From positions 434,001-498,000 of the forward strand of contig AP026173.1 of NCBI GenBank assembly GCA_030295235.1: a DNA stretch of 64,000 nucleotides, in the 5' to 3' direction. Of the stretch, positions 1 to 11,380 are shown in pieces (the first letter of the stretch is position 1; every line of letters starts with the position of its first letter). The DNA comes from Fistulifera solaris. Its lineage: Eukaryota. The translations under genes and the position numbers were made by a program. The notes below the pieces were generated by a model. That model was not told the origin of the DNA. It searched no databases and saw only the letters and a list, made by a program, of their open reading frames with translations.

Positions 1-361
1 GCCGTCACTTTCTCTCGCAATCGGATGCTCATCACTAAGTTGTTCAAAATTTCTTGCGGAGCCACAATAAAGCTTTCGGGACTTTTGTCAAGTAGATACT
101 TCGGTTGTGATCTAAAATGTGCTGGACTCCCTTGCGGTAATCGTCGACAGCCGTCATTCGAAGGTTAGGGCAAGCTTCCTGCGATATCCAGTTGTGAAAG
201 AGCAACGTCGCTTCTTTCTACATGCTATAAATCCCTTTACTTTCGGTTTTTGAAGAGTCGGGGACTGTTTTCCTGCTGTACAACGTGGGAACAGAAAGGA
301 TAGGATGCCCTGCGGCTGCGGTCGCCTTCTTGCGGCCCTTATTTTTCTTGTTTGGAGACAT
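1..361 (-). pseudogene. 5' part of a degenerate paralogue of the DUF6604-like gene at 50548-53399 (runs off the left window edge)
   Basis: Manual minus-strand translation from ATG 361: MSPNKKNKGRKK...GIYSM*KEATLLFHNWISQEACPNLRMTAVDDYRKGVQHILDHNRSIY/..IVAPQEILNNLVMSIRLREKVT. It aligns to YAVYKEATLKFHNWMSFHACPNLKMTSVNDYRNGVQLILDHNRSVY...PPEIMSSLSSSVRLREKVT. In-frame TAG at 218-220 and a frameshift near 90. Confidence 0.8.
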
Positions 362-951
362 TTTGCTTCAAATCAAAAGCAAACAAGCTCAGGCTTTCGA
401 ATGCGGGCACAAAAAATGTGTCAAAAGAGTTGCATTGCCTTAAGGCGAGAGGGAACCGAAAGCTTCGCTCGATCACTGCAACGAAAACACTCCGTCCGAA
501 TGAATAGAAAACGAATGAGGCGTTTGTTGCTTTTCAAGGGAATAACCTGCAGTCTTTTTTAGAGTCTTTCGTGCGGGAGGCAGGGGGACACTGGCGAGAG
601 GTGTACCCAGAACCAGAATAACCGTTCAATTTATGTAGGAAACGAAAATAATGATTCGTATTTAATGATTTAGTGCCACTGCGCGCTAGGTGGATACGCT
701 CTTGTCCGTTGTCGGTTAATGGCGGTTATGCGTCGGTCGATGAAAGGAAAGGACGACCGCCATCGATGAAAGGCAAAACAGAAGCGTAATAACAACGACT
801 CTATAAACATCTGTTGTTGCTTCTAATATACCAATTCAATCAATTCGCTACTTATGAAATAGGTGTATAAGCATTCATTCATCCAGATTTCTGCAGAAAA
901 CTACTGGCTCTCGAGTACACGATCCGTATCGGAAGGAAAGGTGACCCGTTG

Positions 952-2961
952 ATGTTCGCCAGAGGTACTGCCATGCATTCGGCGCGCAAAGGCTCACCCA
1001 ATACCGGTAGTCACACGTCCGGTGATAAATTTGATCGCTTCGAGAAATGGTTGCGTGACAACGGTGCAAGATTCGATCAGGTAAGGGAAGCCGGCCATCC
1101 ATCAGTGAACACTCCATCGAACATCTTATCGCTGACTTTCGTTACTGTTGAATGATGTATGCAGCTTGAAATAAAAGTATACGATGATGGATCTTCATCG
1201 TCTCGTGGGAGAGGAGATGACAGCAACGAGGAGAAGAAAGACACGGTGACAAAGGACGATGGAGAAGAATCCGAAATGCGCGGAGTTCACGCTCTGTCTC
1301 ACATTCCTCCGAATACTCTCGTTATGACAATTCCGCGAAAATGTCTCATTACGGTCGAAATGGGCCAAGCTACACCAATAGGTCAAGCTATTCTCAATTC
1401 CGATCTGGACCTTGACGCGCCAAAACACATCTTCCTTATGGTCTACTTGTTGTGGGATCGGAAAGTGAATGGAACGAATTCCTTCTTTTATCCTTATTAC
1501 GAAGTCTTGCCGAAAACACTAAAAAATATGCCTATATTCTGGTCCATGGAAGAATTAGCCGAGTTAAATGGAAGCTATCTGCAGCAACAGATTGCGGATC
1601 GTAATCAAGCTATAGCGGAAGATTACCGTGCCATATGCGAAGTGGCACCTCAGATGCGCGAATTGGCCACGTTGGAGGAGTTTAAATGGGCACGCATGTG
1701 TGTCTGCTCGCGTAACTTTGGTCTACAAATTGATGGGCACCGCACGAGCGCCCTTGTTCCGCACGCCGACATGCTCAACCATTATCGTCCCCGTGAAACA
1801 AAGTGGACGTTTGACGAGGATCGACAAGCATTCACAATCACATCACTGCAACATATTGGGAAAGGCTCCCAAATTTATGACTCGTACGGACAAAAATGTA
1901 ATCATCGTTTTTTACTCAATTACGGCTTTGCTGTGGAAGACAACCGCGAACTGGATGGCTTCTGTCCCAATGAAGTCCCTTTGGAGCTTTATGTCTCTCC
2001 GGATGATCCCCTATTAAATGAAAAGCTTGAATTTTGGACGAGAGGCGAAATTAATGACAAAAATCACGGACCTCCCGGGCGAGCGACGACTCGACTACAA
2101 TCGACTCACGCAGCCGAACCATTAGGTGTTCCGCCTCTTTTGAAACGTATCAGGGTTTGCGTTTCGAGTAATGAGAACACGCGTCTTCTGTTCAGTCTTC
2201 TAAGAGCTTTAGCTTGCAATGGCCCGGAACTACATGCTCTGGCATCGCCAGTTTCTGCTTCCTGCGGTCCTATCGTGCGGGGCGACGACCGCAGTTCAAG
2301 CAACGTTGCGCGCAGCTTGTTTGGATTTCCTGAGTTGCCATCGTCGAATAGCGTCTTAACTGGCAGCCCTATGCCATTCGGTGCTACCTATCATCGCTCT
2401 TGTCGTGACATACGCCACCCTGTGAGCTTGCGAAATGAGCGCGCCGCACTTCGGTTGTTATTGCAAATTGTAGAACGACACCTTTCGGCATATTCGACAA
2501 CACTGGCCGAAGATGAGACCGACCTCCTTGACGAACTAGCATATCCTCGATTCAGTAATAAACGCCACGCCAAAATACAAGTTCGTGGAGAGAAGGAAGT
2601 TTTGCACCATTTTGCTCGCTGGGCAACAACGGCACTGGAAGTTTTGGACGTAATAGAGGAAGAGTTACAGGAAGAAAGGGGATCCATTGAGGTTTCCAGC
2701 ACAGGTCGTGTTTCAGTGGTTAATCATGAAGAACGACCTTCCTTCGACTTCCTGATTCAGCGTATGGAGGATGATGCCGAATCTCGTGACATCGGACACC
2801 ATACAATAGTTCGTTATTGTGCAGATGTACTGGGAAGTCTGAGGCGTGAGGAGTTCAAAAATATTCGACGACAAAGAGTCCTGCAGCAAGAGCAGCCGCG
2901 AGCTCGAACGTCATCCGGGCGTATCTGGAGATCCCATGAACCTGGTAGCAGTAAAAGATAA
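952..2961 (+). CDS. SET-domain protein methyltransferase (Rubisco-LSMT/SETD3-like)
   Basis: Exon 952-1080, GT-AG intron 1081-1164, then ORF to 2961. Motifs FEKWL..NGA, MRGV, VCSRNF, ALVPHADMLNH, IYDSYG...FLLNYGF and a C-terminal substrate-binding-like region (YSTTLAED...VRGEKEVL). Confidence 0.85.
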
Positions 2962-3331
2962 CGCAGCAGTCCCTTGTTACTACGAAGTCTGCGTAATTTT
3001 GGGTACTGGCAATGCTTACCAAGCTACGTTATGTTAAGAAGCATGAAGCAAGCAGTCCTGCTACCTTAGAGGGAAGTCGTCGCCAACTAAAAAGTTAGTA
3101 GCAGCTTATGTTGTAACTATGGATGTTCGTCTCTTTGCTCTTTATTGCTGAATATCCCTTGTCTCTATCGCTTGGGTTGACAAAAGATCTCGCAAATACC
3201 AGGTACGGAGTAATAACATTATTGGTATCTAGGCGACTTTCTTTGCGTCGCAGCGAAACCCAAATTTCAAAACTATTACTCCGGAGTACTGTACATTTAA
3301 ACGGAAGACAGACAGTCTCTCGGACGCAAGG

Positions 3332-3504
3332 ACGTCACACGTCACCTGTTGTCCACGCCAACGCTGTTCTCCCACACACACAAAAAGACACAGTGGTAAT
3401 CAGGCAGCACTGACGTACTTCGGTCTTCCCATCGTTCATCGCTCTCTCTTCGTGCTTTGCCTCGCAGATCCTCGTTCTCGTGGCAACGCAGGGATCCAAC
3501 GTCA
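3332..3504 (+). promoter_or_regulatory. Cluster of four CRE/CCRE-like hexamers upstream of the gene at 3611
   Basis: ACGTCA at 3332-3337, 3339-3344 and 3499-3504, and TGACGT at 3411-3416. These match the bZIP-bound CO2/cAMP-responsive elements described for the Phaeodactylum ptca1 promoter. Function here is inferred only. Confidence 0.4.
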
Positions 3505-3610
3505 CCGTGCGCACGTCGCAAGAACTGTTTTGCCTTGTCGTCGTTCATTGTCATCAGCGTTCACTTTTCAACTCTAATAAATAAATTACGGATTTACATT
3601 GAAAGGCACC

Positions 3611-4252
3611 ATGAAGTTCTCTGCTGCTTTCGTTGCTTTGATTGCCGGAGCTACGGCTTTCACTCCGGCTCAGCCAAGCTTTGCTCGCACTTCCGTCAAG
3701 GTATACAACCTTGAGAAAGGTGCCGGTAAGTCATCTCAACAAATGATGTGTTTAAATATTTCAAATTCTGAATGCAGTTGGATTCTCACGCAATTCGACA
3801 TTACAGGAGGTATGTTCGACACACGCAACCCCGACCCTGTGAAGCACGAAGATGCTCGCAAGTCGATCAGTGAGGCTCCGTCGTTCGAAGAGTACATGAA
3901 AATGCGAAGTGGCGGTGCCCCTGCTGCCCCTGCCCCCGCACCGGCGGCTTACACACCTCCCGCTGCTCCGGCCTGGGCTCCTCCGGCTGCCCCCGCTTGG
4001 GCTCCCCCGGCCGCTCCGGCCTGGGCTCCTCCGGCCGCCCCCGCTTGGGCACCTCCCGCTCAAGCGCCCGCCCCGTGGTCGCCACCGGCCGCCGCCCCGG
4101 CTCCTGCTGCCCATGGCGGTGCCCCAGTCAAGGGTGCCGGTGGTATGTTCGATACCCGTGATCCGGAACCAGTCAAGCACGAGGACCCTCGCAAGTCGAT
4201 CAGCGCCGCTCCTTCCTTCGAAGAGTACATGAAGATGCGTAACAACCAGTAA
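3611..4252 (+). CDS. Plastid-targeted Pro/Ala/Trp repeat protein with a duplicated ~37-aa terminal motif; function unknown
   Basis: Signal peptide MKFSAAFVALIAGATA|FTP (ASAF-type). Intron 3726-3806. Two copies of KGAGGMFDTR(N/D)P(D/E)PVKHED(A/P)RKSIS(E/A)APSFEEYMKMR flank a PPAAPAWA repeat tract. Confidence 0.85.
   Translation: MKFSAAFVALIAGATAFTPAQPSFARTSVKVYNLEKGAGKSSQQMMCLNISNSECSWILTQFDITGGMFDTRNPDPVKHEDARKSISEAPSFEEYMKMRSGGAPAAPAPAPAAYTPPAAPAWAPPAAPAWAPPAAPAWAPPAAPAWAPPAQAPAPWSPPAAAPAPAAHGGAPVKGAGGMFDTRDPEPVKHEDPRKSISAAPSFEEYMKMRNNQ
3950..4110 (+). repeat. Coding tandem repeat, 24-bp unit encoding (W/Y)APPAAPA, about 6 units
   Basis: YTPPAAPA-WAPPAAPA-WAPPAAPA-WAPPAAPA-WAPPAQAPAP-WSPPAAAPAP, with synonymous variation between units. 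Confidence 0.9.
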
Positions 4253-5252
4253 TCAAATTCTTCTAAAGTAGTCTTATGTCTAATAGGTGCTCAATGTGAT
4301 AATTTTGTCAGTTCTTTTAAGATCATTGACATTGCAACTTGTTCGAGCAAGTAATAGAATGACTTGTTGTTGTTGATGGCTAACAATTGAATGCCAAGCC
4401 ATCAGCTTCGTCTGTCGTGCACCGCAAGGTGTGGAGGTGAGACATGAGACGAGCAAACAAAGAGTGAGGGCAGTTAAACACTCTCCTTTGTTTGGAAAGG
4501 GTTGCTTATCGCTGGAATAGGATAGGGTAGCTCGTTCCGACCTTCAAGCGTTTCAAGCTTTAACCCACGATGATAATTTCCCTCGCCCTTGCTACAATGA
4601 CAAAATAATTCTCGATTATTTCATTATGATGACGAAGAAGCGAAATCTTTGAATGTCGATTAATGACGAACAAAGATCGTTATGACGAACTAAAGCTAGA
4701 GCGATTTTGCTAGATGATTAAGGTTAAGGAGTGTTCTGCCCAACCGACAACCGACAAACCGACAAAAAATGGCGGACGTCGGACAGTCTTTGATTGGGTA
4801 AGTCTTCAAAATATTTTGAAATTTTGTGTACTAAAAATGTATCGATTCGTGAGGGTAAATAAATTACATAGAACATGTCACTGTGACGTGATTGTATACT
4901 GTAAGTAGGATATTGCTTTTGGAAAATCACTGTTTGAGTGTCAGTCGAACAACGTTTCCGTTTGACGTTTTGCCGTTAGTACTGCACACGTGGTCAACTG
5001 AACCTCACACTACTCACAGCCAATGATTTTCGTAAAGAATGCAACTTGCACCAATCGCGATGGTTCACAAACTGGTGGCTGGAGGGGCTTTCTCCCTTCA
5101 CACGAGAATGTTTTCTCCGGTTCGTGGCCATTCAAAAAAGTTTTAGTAATCGATAGAAACCTTTCTGATGAACAGATACTCATGAAGACTTGAACGGAAT
5201 AGATCAATCAATTGTAGCCATTAGATCTCCTGTCATCGCAACCCGCAGTGCG

Positions 5253-6186
5253 ATGAAGACGATGGACTCGGCACCAAGCAGTGAAACAGAACATGCCGTT
5301 GTGAATCAAGTCGCGCAACCGACCAACAATAAGCAAACAGGTCGACCTCGGTCACAATCGGTTGCGACCGCTCAACCCAGTGTGGAAACAGTCGTAGCCA
5401 AGTCCAAGCGCGCTGCTTCCACTCTCTGGCTTCTCCTCCATGCTCAGGTAAGCACTACTATTAATTTTCGTCGTCCATCGTTTTGGCGCGAGTCAACGTC
5501 ATGCTGACTGTATACTTTCACAGAATTGTGTTTTAGGCAACACCTGTCCTTATTCCGGCTGTCAAGAAGCCAAGCGACTTCACTTGCATCTGAAGACCTG
5601 CCCGGCCAACTGTTCTGCCAACAAAAGTGAAGCATGTCCCTCCCATTGCAATGGCTGCGAACAAGCACGTCAGTTGCTGAATCATTATCGCCGCTGTCGC
5701 GGTGAACGGGCGCGTCAAGGGTGTCGAAAAGAAAGTCAGCACTGTCTGATTTGTTCCCTCGTGGCCCGTCAAGCCAAATCCATGCTCGGCAAAGACAAAT
5801 TGGGTCAGTCGTCATCGCGGAGCAGTACTAGTAGCATGATTTCGGTATTCAACAAAGACATGACACTGGGCGATGCCGCCATGATGTCGGGTCCGTCTCC
5901 GAGTCTTCACACGATGCCTCCACCGCCACCGCGTCGGGGAATTTTGGCCCACCGTGTCGCGGACGCGAGTATTCTCAACGATCGTCCGCTCAAATCAATT
6001 TCGTTTGCGGACGAAACCACGCGTCCGCGATCGTCTTCGGTGGCGGAACCCAAAAAAGAAATGTTGGTGCGATCGCGCAGTTTGTCCGTAGGATCCTCTC
6101 CCACGACGTGTGAAACGATTCTGGAAGAAGACGGGAGCTGCTCGGTGGATCCCGTCGGAGAATATCCCTCCGACTCTATGCTATAA
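5253..6186 (+). CDS. TAZ-type zinc-finger protein with disordered Ser-rich C-terminus
   Basis: Exon 5253-5447 and intron 5448-5523 give LWLLLHAQNCVLGNTCPYSGCQEAKRLHLHLKTC...CEQARQLLNHYRRC...CLIC, the repeated HxxxC..C..C pattern of TAZ fingers. Confidence 0.7.
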
Positions 6187-6300
6187 TTTACAGTATTTAT
6201 TTTGATTAATTTCCCTCTTTTTTGTTGCAGCTTTTTAAAATTATTACTACGAGTCGTAAGAGTCCCGACTATTTTAGAATATTCTCTTGGTTGCGCCATC

Positions 6301-7250
6301 TCACGCCGTTTGATAATGTGGTTCGTGCGGTGCCAACAGGACACCATCTTCAAACACGACGGTCCGAAAGCCAAAATCGGGTTCAATGGCTTCCCACCAC
6401 GTAAATTCACACGGAACCGACACTTTGCGAGGCACCCCAAAGACCGCTTCTTCGTTGGGACCCCGCTCTTCTTCTTCGAGACTGTAATCTAACACCAGAG
6501 TTTGTACCAATTGTCGGACATCTTCCAGTGACAAGGCGACATTACTGATTTCTTTTTGTTCCAATTCGTGATGCAATTCTGCTAAAGAGTGCGGTCGTTT
6601 CCGACAGGTTTGGACCAAAAAATAGCGCAATTTGGAAATGAATTCATGATCAAATTCCAAATTACTGTACCAAACACCTCCGGTCAATTCTTTGGAGGGT
6701 TGTAAATCGTACAACATGTACAGTTTTTTGGATTTGGCCGTGACACTTTTGACGGGTTTAATGAGACGTCGACTTTCGAGGGTTTTCAGTATTTTGGTCA
6801 AGGCATTTTGCTGAATATTGGTTTGGAGACGAATATCTTTCGTCCAACAGCCCATGGTTTGGGTCCGTTCAATGACTTGGTACACCATCCGTGCAGAAGG
6901 ATCCAAACCCACAAATTGGAGCGCGACTTGATCTTCCACGAGCGTGTAATGCAATTCTTTGGCGGTCCGACTCATGACCAACCGCGAGGTGGCCGTCAAT
7001 TCATTGATGATGGGGACTAATTGCAAGTATTCCTCATCGGGAAAATATTTTTGAGCGTCGAATTGGAAATTCCTGCGGTAGCGTATTCGCTTTGTGTCAA
7101 TAAAGCGATGAAGCGGTCTTTTAATGTATTAGTCGAAGTCGAAGACGATGAGACGACGGTGGGTTCCGGAATCGCCAGGGCTTGTCCGGTTTTTATTTTC
7201 TTCGCCGTCGTGGCTGCTGTTTCAGCAATCCTCTTTTGAGTTGGAGGCAT
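6301..7250 (-). CDS. RPC34: RNA polymerase III subunit RPC34/RPC6
   Basis: Motifs GCWTKDIR..TNI, KILKTLESRRLIKPVKSV...KKLYMLYDLQPSKELTGGVWY..EFD.EFI. One frameshift at about 7040 (missing base in a C run on the coding strand) joins MPPTQKR... to the main ORF. Confidence 0.9.
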
Positions 7251-7588
7251 GATGAAGAATTGGAAATGAAAGGGAAGGAAGGAATTGCTTACAAGCACGT
7301 TTACTCTAGAAGAATTACGACGGGAAGTTTGACAACAACGAACCTTTGCGGTTGTTTTGTGAGGCGGCTGGCGGAAAGACGCCAAACGTGAACGGGGTAC
7401 CGGATAGACAAGCAGTTGACATTTTGACACGCCACGTCACTCATGACTCAGAGATTATGCCGACTGACCTATTTTCGACGACGATGAGAAAAAAGATCGT
7501 CGAGACGAGATCTTTTTCACTTTTGCGCCGCGAGAAGACAGTTCCTATTCACTTCTTTTCCTTTCTCATTCATTCGATTGCAATTAAC

Positions 7589-10418
7589 ATGAGATTCCCG
7601 GCATCCACGCTCACGACCGCTTTGTTGTGCATGTCTCGTTCGGCCGCCTTCGTAGTGGCCAAGAGAGGGGCCTCGTCGGTGTGTCGTCGTAGTTCGCTCA
7701 TGCCTTCCTTCTTGCAACTGCCTCGAATGATGACGGTATGTCATCTTTCTTCTTCTACAACTAGTAGTAGTAGTAGTAGTAGTGGTACAGAAGTATCGAA
7801 ACCCATCGAAGTCTTTCGCAAAGATTATCAACCGTTACCCTACAAAGTCGATACCATTGAACTCGATATTCAATTGGAACCTCGGAAAACCACCATTACC
7901 ACGCAAATGACCATCATTAGTTCCTCCCCGACCGTGACACTCGATGGTGACCGCTCCGTTATCGAATTGCAACACGTCCTATTGAATGGAACGCTCTTAC
8001 AAGAAGGCACCGATTATCAAGTGACGGCATCGGAATTGACCTTGTTGCAGGTTCCTCTCCACACTCCCTTTCAATTAACCATTCAAGTCACGACGATTCC
8101 GGAAGACAATACCGAATTGTCGGGACTCTATCAAGACAGTTCCGGCATGTATTGTACACAAATGGAAGCCATGGGATTTCGACGGTTCACGTACATGGCC
8201 GATCGTCCCGATCAAATGGCCACCTTTTCGAAAGTGCGCATTGAAGCTGACAAGGAACAGTATCCTGTCTTATTGAGTAACGGCAATTTACTCGAACAAG
8301 GCTCTTGCAATGACAACAATAACCGACATTACGCCATTTGGCAAGATCCGTTTCCGAAACCGACTTATTTGTTTGCCATGGTGGCGGGGAATCTGGGCAA
8401 GATACAAGACGAGTACACGACGAAATCGGGACGACGCGTGGATTTGCAAATTTTGCCGAACCGCATCAAACGCATTTACTGCACTACGCTATGCTTTCCC
8501 TCAAAAGAGCCATGCAGTGGGATGAAGATCGATACGGGTTGGAGTATGATTTAGATTTGTACAACATTGTCGCGGTCGATTCCTTCAATATGGGTGCCAT
8601 GGAAAATAAGGGACTCAATGTTTTCAACACGGCCTACGTTTTGGCGGATCCGGCCACGGCCACTGACACGGATTTTGAACGGGTTGAAAGTGTCATTGGA
8701 CACGAATATTTTCACAATTGGACCGGCAATCGTGTCACGTGTCGCGATTGGTTTCAACTTACGCTGAAAGAAGGATTGACCGTCTTTCGCGACCAAGAAT
8801 TCTCGGCGGACATGAACAGTGCGGCGGTGAATCGAATTGAAAATGTCCGCGCCCTGCGAGGACGACAATTGCCGAAGATGCCGGACCCATGGCACATCCC
8901 ATTCGTCCCGAAAGTTACATCAGTATGGATAATTTCTATACGGCCACGGTGTATTCGAAAGGAGCCGAAGTCATTCGAATGTATCAAACGATTCTCGGAG
9001 TGGAAGGTTTCAATCAAGGATTGAAACTCTATTTGGAACGTCACGATGGACAAGCGGTGACGTGTGATGATTTTCTACAGGCCATGGCGGATGCCAATCC
9101 TGACATTGATTTGACATTGTTTCGTCGATGGTATTCGACACCCGGGACTCCGGTCGTCAAGTACCGGGGAGAATGGAACGAAGATGGGACGTATCAATTG
9201 CAGTTGGAGCAGGAAACCAGTGATGGGGAACCCTTGCACATTCCTGTCGCGGTGGGTTTGTTGGATCAAGCTACCGGCGAGGAGGTGGTGTCGACCCAGG
9301 TTCTCAATTTGAAAGAGTCTCAACAGACCTTTACGTTTTCTGATTTGGCCGGACCGGTCGTACCCTCCATTCTTCGTACGTTTTCGGCCCCGGTCAAGCT
9401 GGTACCTTTGGAAAAAGACAACGAGTCGTTGGCATTGGCGTTTTTGGCCGCACACGACACGGACGGATTCAATCGTTGGGAAGCAGTACAACGATTGTAC
9501 ACGAGCTTGATTTTTCAACATTTGCCTTCCAAAGAAGAGTCGTCGTCGTCCTCCTGGAATTACGTTGAACAAGCCTTTGCCCGTACTTTGGATACTTGCT
9601 TGGACAATAGTGATTACTCCATTTCGGCCTATGTATTGACTTTGCCTTCCGAATCGACGTTAGCCGAAGAGATGGATATGATTGATCCGATCGGATTGCA
9701 CCAGGCTCGTTCCACTGTCAAACAACAACTGGCTCGGCGTTTTGAATCGGTGTTGATGGAGAAATATTCCGCATTGACCGAGTTGTTATCTCAGACCAAG
9801 GAATTGAAATTTGATGCCACATCAATTGGTTTGCGCCGTTTGCGCAACGTTTTGCTCGATTACTTGTGTTCCTTGACCGACACGCCGGAAGAACGTGATC
9901 GTGCGGCGCAATTGGCCATGAATCACTATCAGGCCGCCACGGGCATGACGGATCAAATGGCCGGTTTGTCTTCGTTGGTCTCGATCGATACGCCCCACCG
10001 ACAAGATGCTTTGGATCAATTTTATCAACAAGCCGTCGGTAATTCCTTGGTCTTGAACAAATGGTTCACCGTGCAAGCTCTCGCCAATACTCCGAACAGT
10101 TTGGAAACCATTCAACAGTTGTATCAGCATCCCGACTTTACCTTGAAGAATCCCAATCGCGTCCGGGCCCTCGTGGGTGCGTTTACGATGAATGCGGTCG
10201 CCTTTCATCAACCGGCCGGGTATCAGTTTTTGGGGGACGTCTTGTTGGCAGTGGACGCCTTGAATCCGCAACTCAGTAGTCGTTTGGCTTCTCCACTCAT
10301 TCAATGGCGCAAATACGTCACAGGAAAGTTAATGAAGGAACAGTTGGAACGATTGTTGGCACAACCGAAGCTGAGTGACGATTTGTACGAAATAGTGAGT
10401 CGGGGATTGAAAGAATAA
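7589..10418 (+). CDS. pepN: Aminopeptidase N (M1 family, PepN type) with organellar presequence
   Basis: [101 protein letters not shown]. Frameshifts at about 8452 and 8870. N-terminal signal ending SAA|FVV. Confidence 0.93.
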
Positions 10419-10625
10419 TATAGCTAGGATAAGGTTGCGTTGAAAGCTGTAAAACACATTCTAGCTAGTATCATGCCTGATGCGAACCCTAGCCGGAAAC
10501 AGACGTTCATGTCGTAGCGTGACAAACAGCAGGCCGTGTATAGATCGCGTTCATCATTCCTATTATTTATTCATTATTCATTCGTTTCTTTCATCCTCCT
10601 ATAATCAATAACAGTTCCATAAATA

Positions 10626-11201
10626 ATGTCCAACGCACCACCCAAGACCGACAAACTGGCCGCCATGGCCGCTCGACAGCAGGGCGATGGACGTGAGACT
10701 TCCGAAGAAGCACCCGTGATAAAACGCGACAAATTTGCGGCCCTGGCGGCGCGGCAAGTGGAGGAAACTACTACAACGACGACTTTACCGAAACGCGACA
10801 AATTTGCGGCCATGGCCGCACGACCGATCATCGAACAGCAACCCACGGAAGAAGCCACGAGTAAAGAAAATCGAATTTCCGAACTGCAACAACGGTGTCA
10901 ACAACGCGATGCAATTTATGCCGATCTCGATCAAGCCGAAGCCCTTGTCATTCAATTGTTGCAAGTCGCACAAGACACGGCTACCGCCTTGTCGAGTAAT
11001 CAAGAAGTTTCTGTTTCGCAATATCAATCCACGTTGCAACACATTCATGCCCTATTACAACCGCATGCGCAATACGTCCAAGCCTATCAAGCGCCATCGA
11101 CAACGACCCGCATGTATCAAACACGCGTCGAATGGCGACTCGCGGTGGAAGCCCAAGAAATTTTACAAGATTATCGTGCCTTGGAACGCATGGAGCCGTG
11201 A
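10626..11201 (+). CDS. Probable Mediator subunit Med11-like protein with N-terminal DK(F/L)AA(M/L)AAR repeats
   Basis: The C-terminal helical part (LDQAEALVIQLLQVAQDTATALS...YQSTLQHIHALL...MYQTRVEWRLA) resembles the Med11 pattern from memory. Single exon with coding-like composition. Confidence 0.5.
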   Translation: MSNAPPKTDKLAAMAARQQGDGRETSEEAPVIKRDKFAALAARQVEETTTTTTLPKRDKFAAMAARPIIEQQPTEEATSKENRISELQQRCQQRDAIYADLDQAEALVIQLLQVAQDTATALSSNQEVSVSQYQSTLQHIHALLQPHAQYVQAYQAPSTTTRMYQTRVEWRLAVEAQEILQDYRALERMEP

Positions 11202-11380
11202 GGCAGGATCACCCAGAGCTTTGTCTTTAGTGAAAATGAAGCCTACTGCAGTACGAAGATCATCATCATTCCAAGATCATTCCAAATAATAGAATACTAC
11301 AACCGATCGCAACCATTTCTGTACAGAGTTTATCCTCGAAAGCAATAACAGTTAAAAAACTATATTTTTAATCTATCTAT

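Noticed and set aside
4805..4820. 16-bp palindrome TTCAAAATATTTTGAA in an AT-rich spacer
   Set aside because: A single AT-rich palindrome, with no partner repeat or target-site duplication to suggest a MITE.
7762..7783. (AGT)n microsatellite
   Set aside because: It simply encodes a poly-Ser tract in the PepN presequence region.
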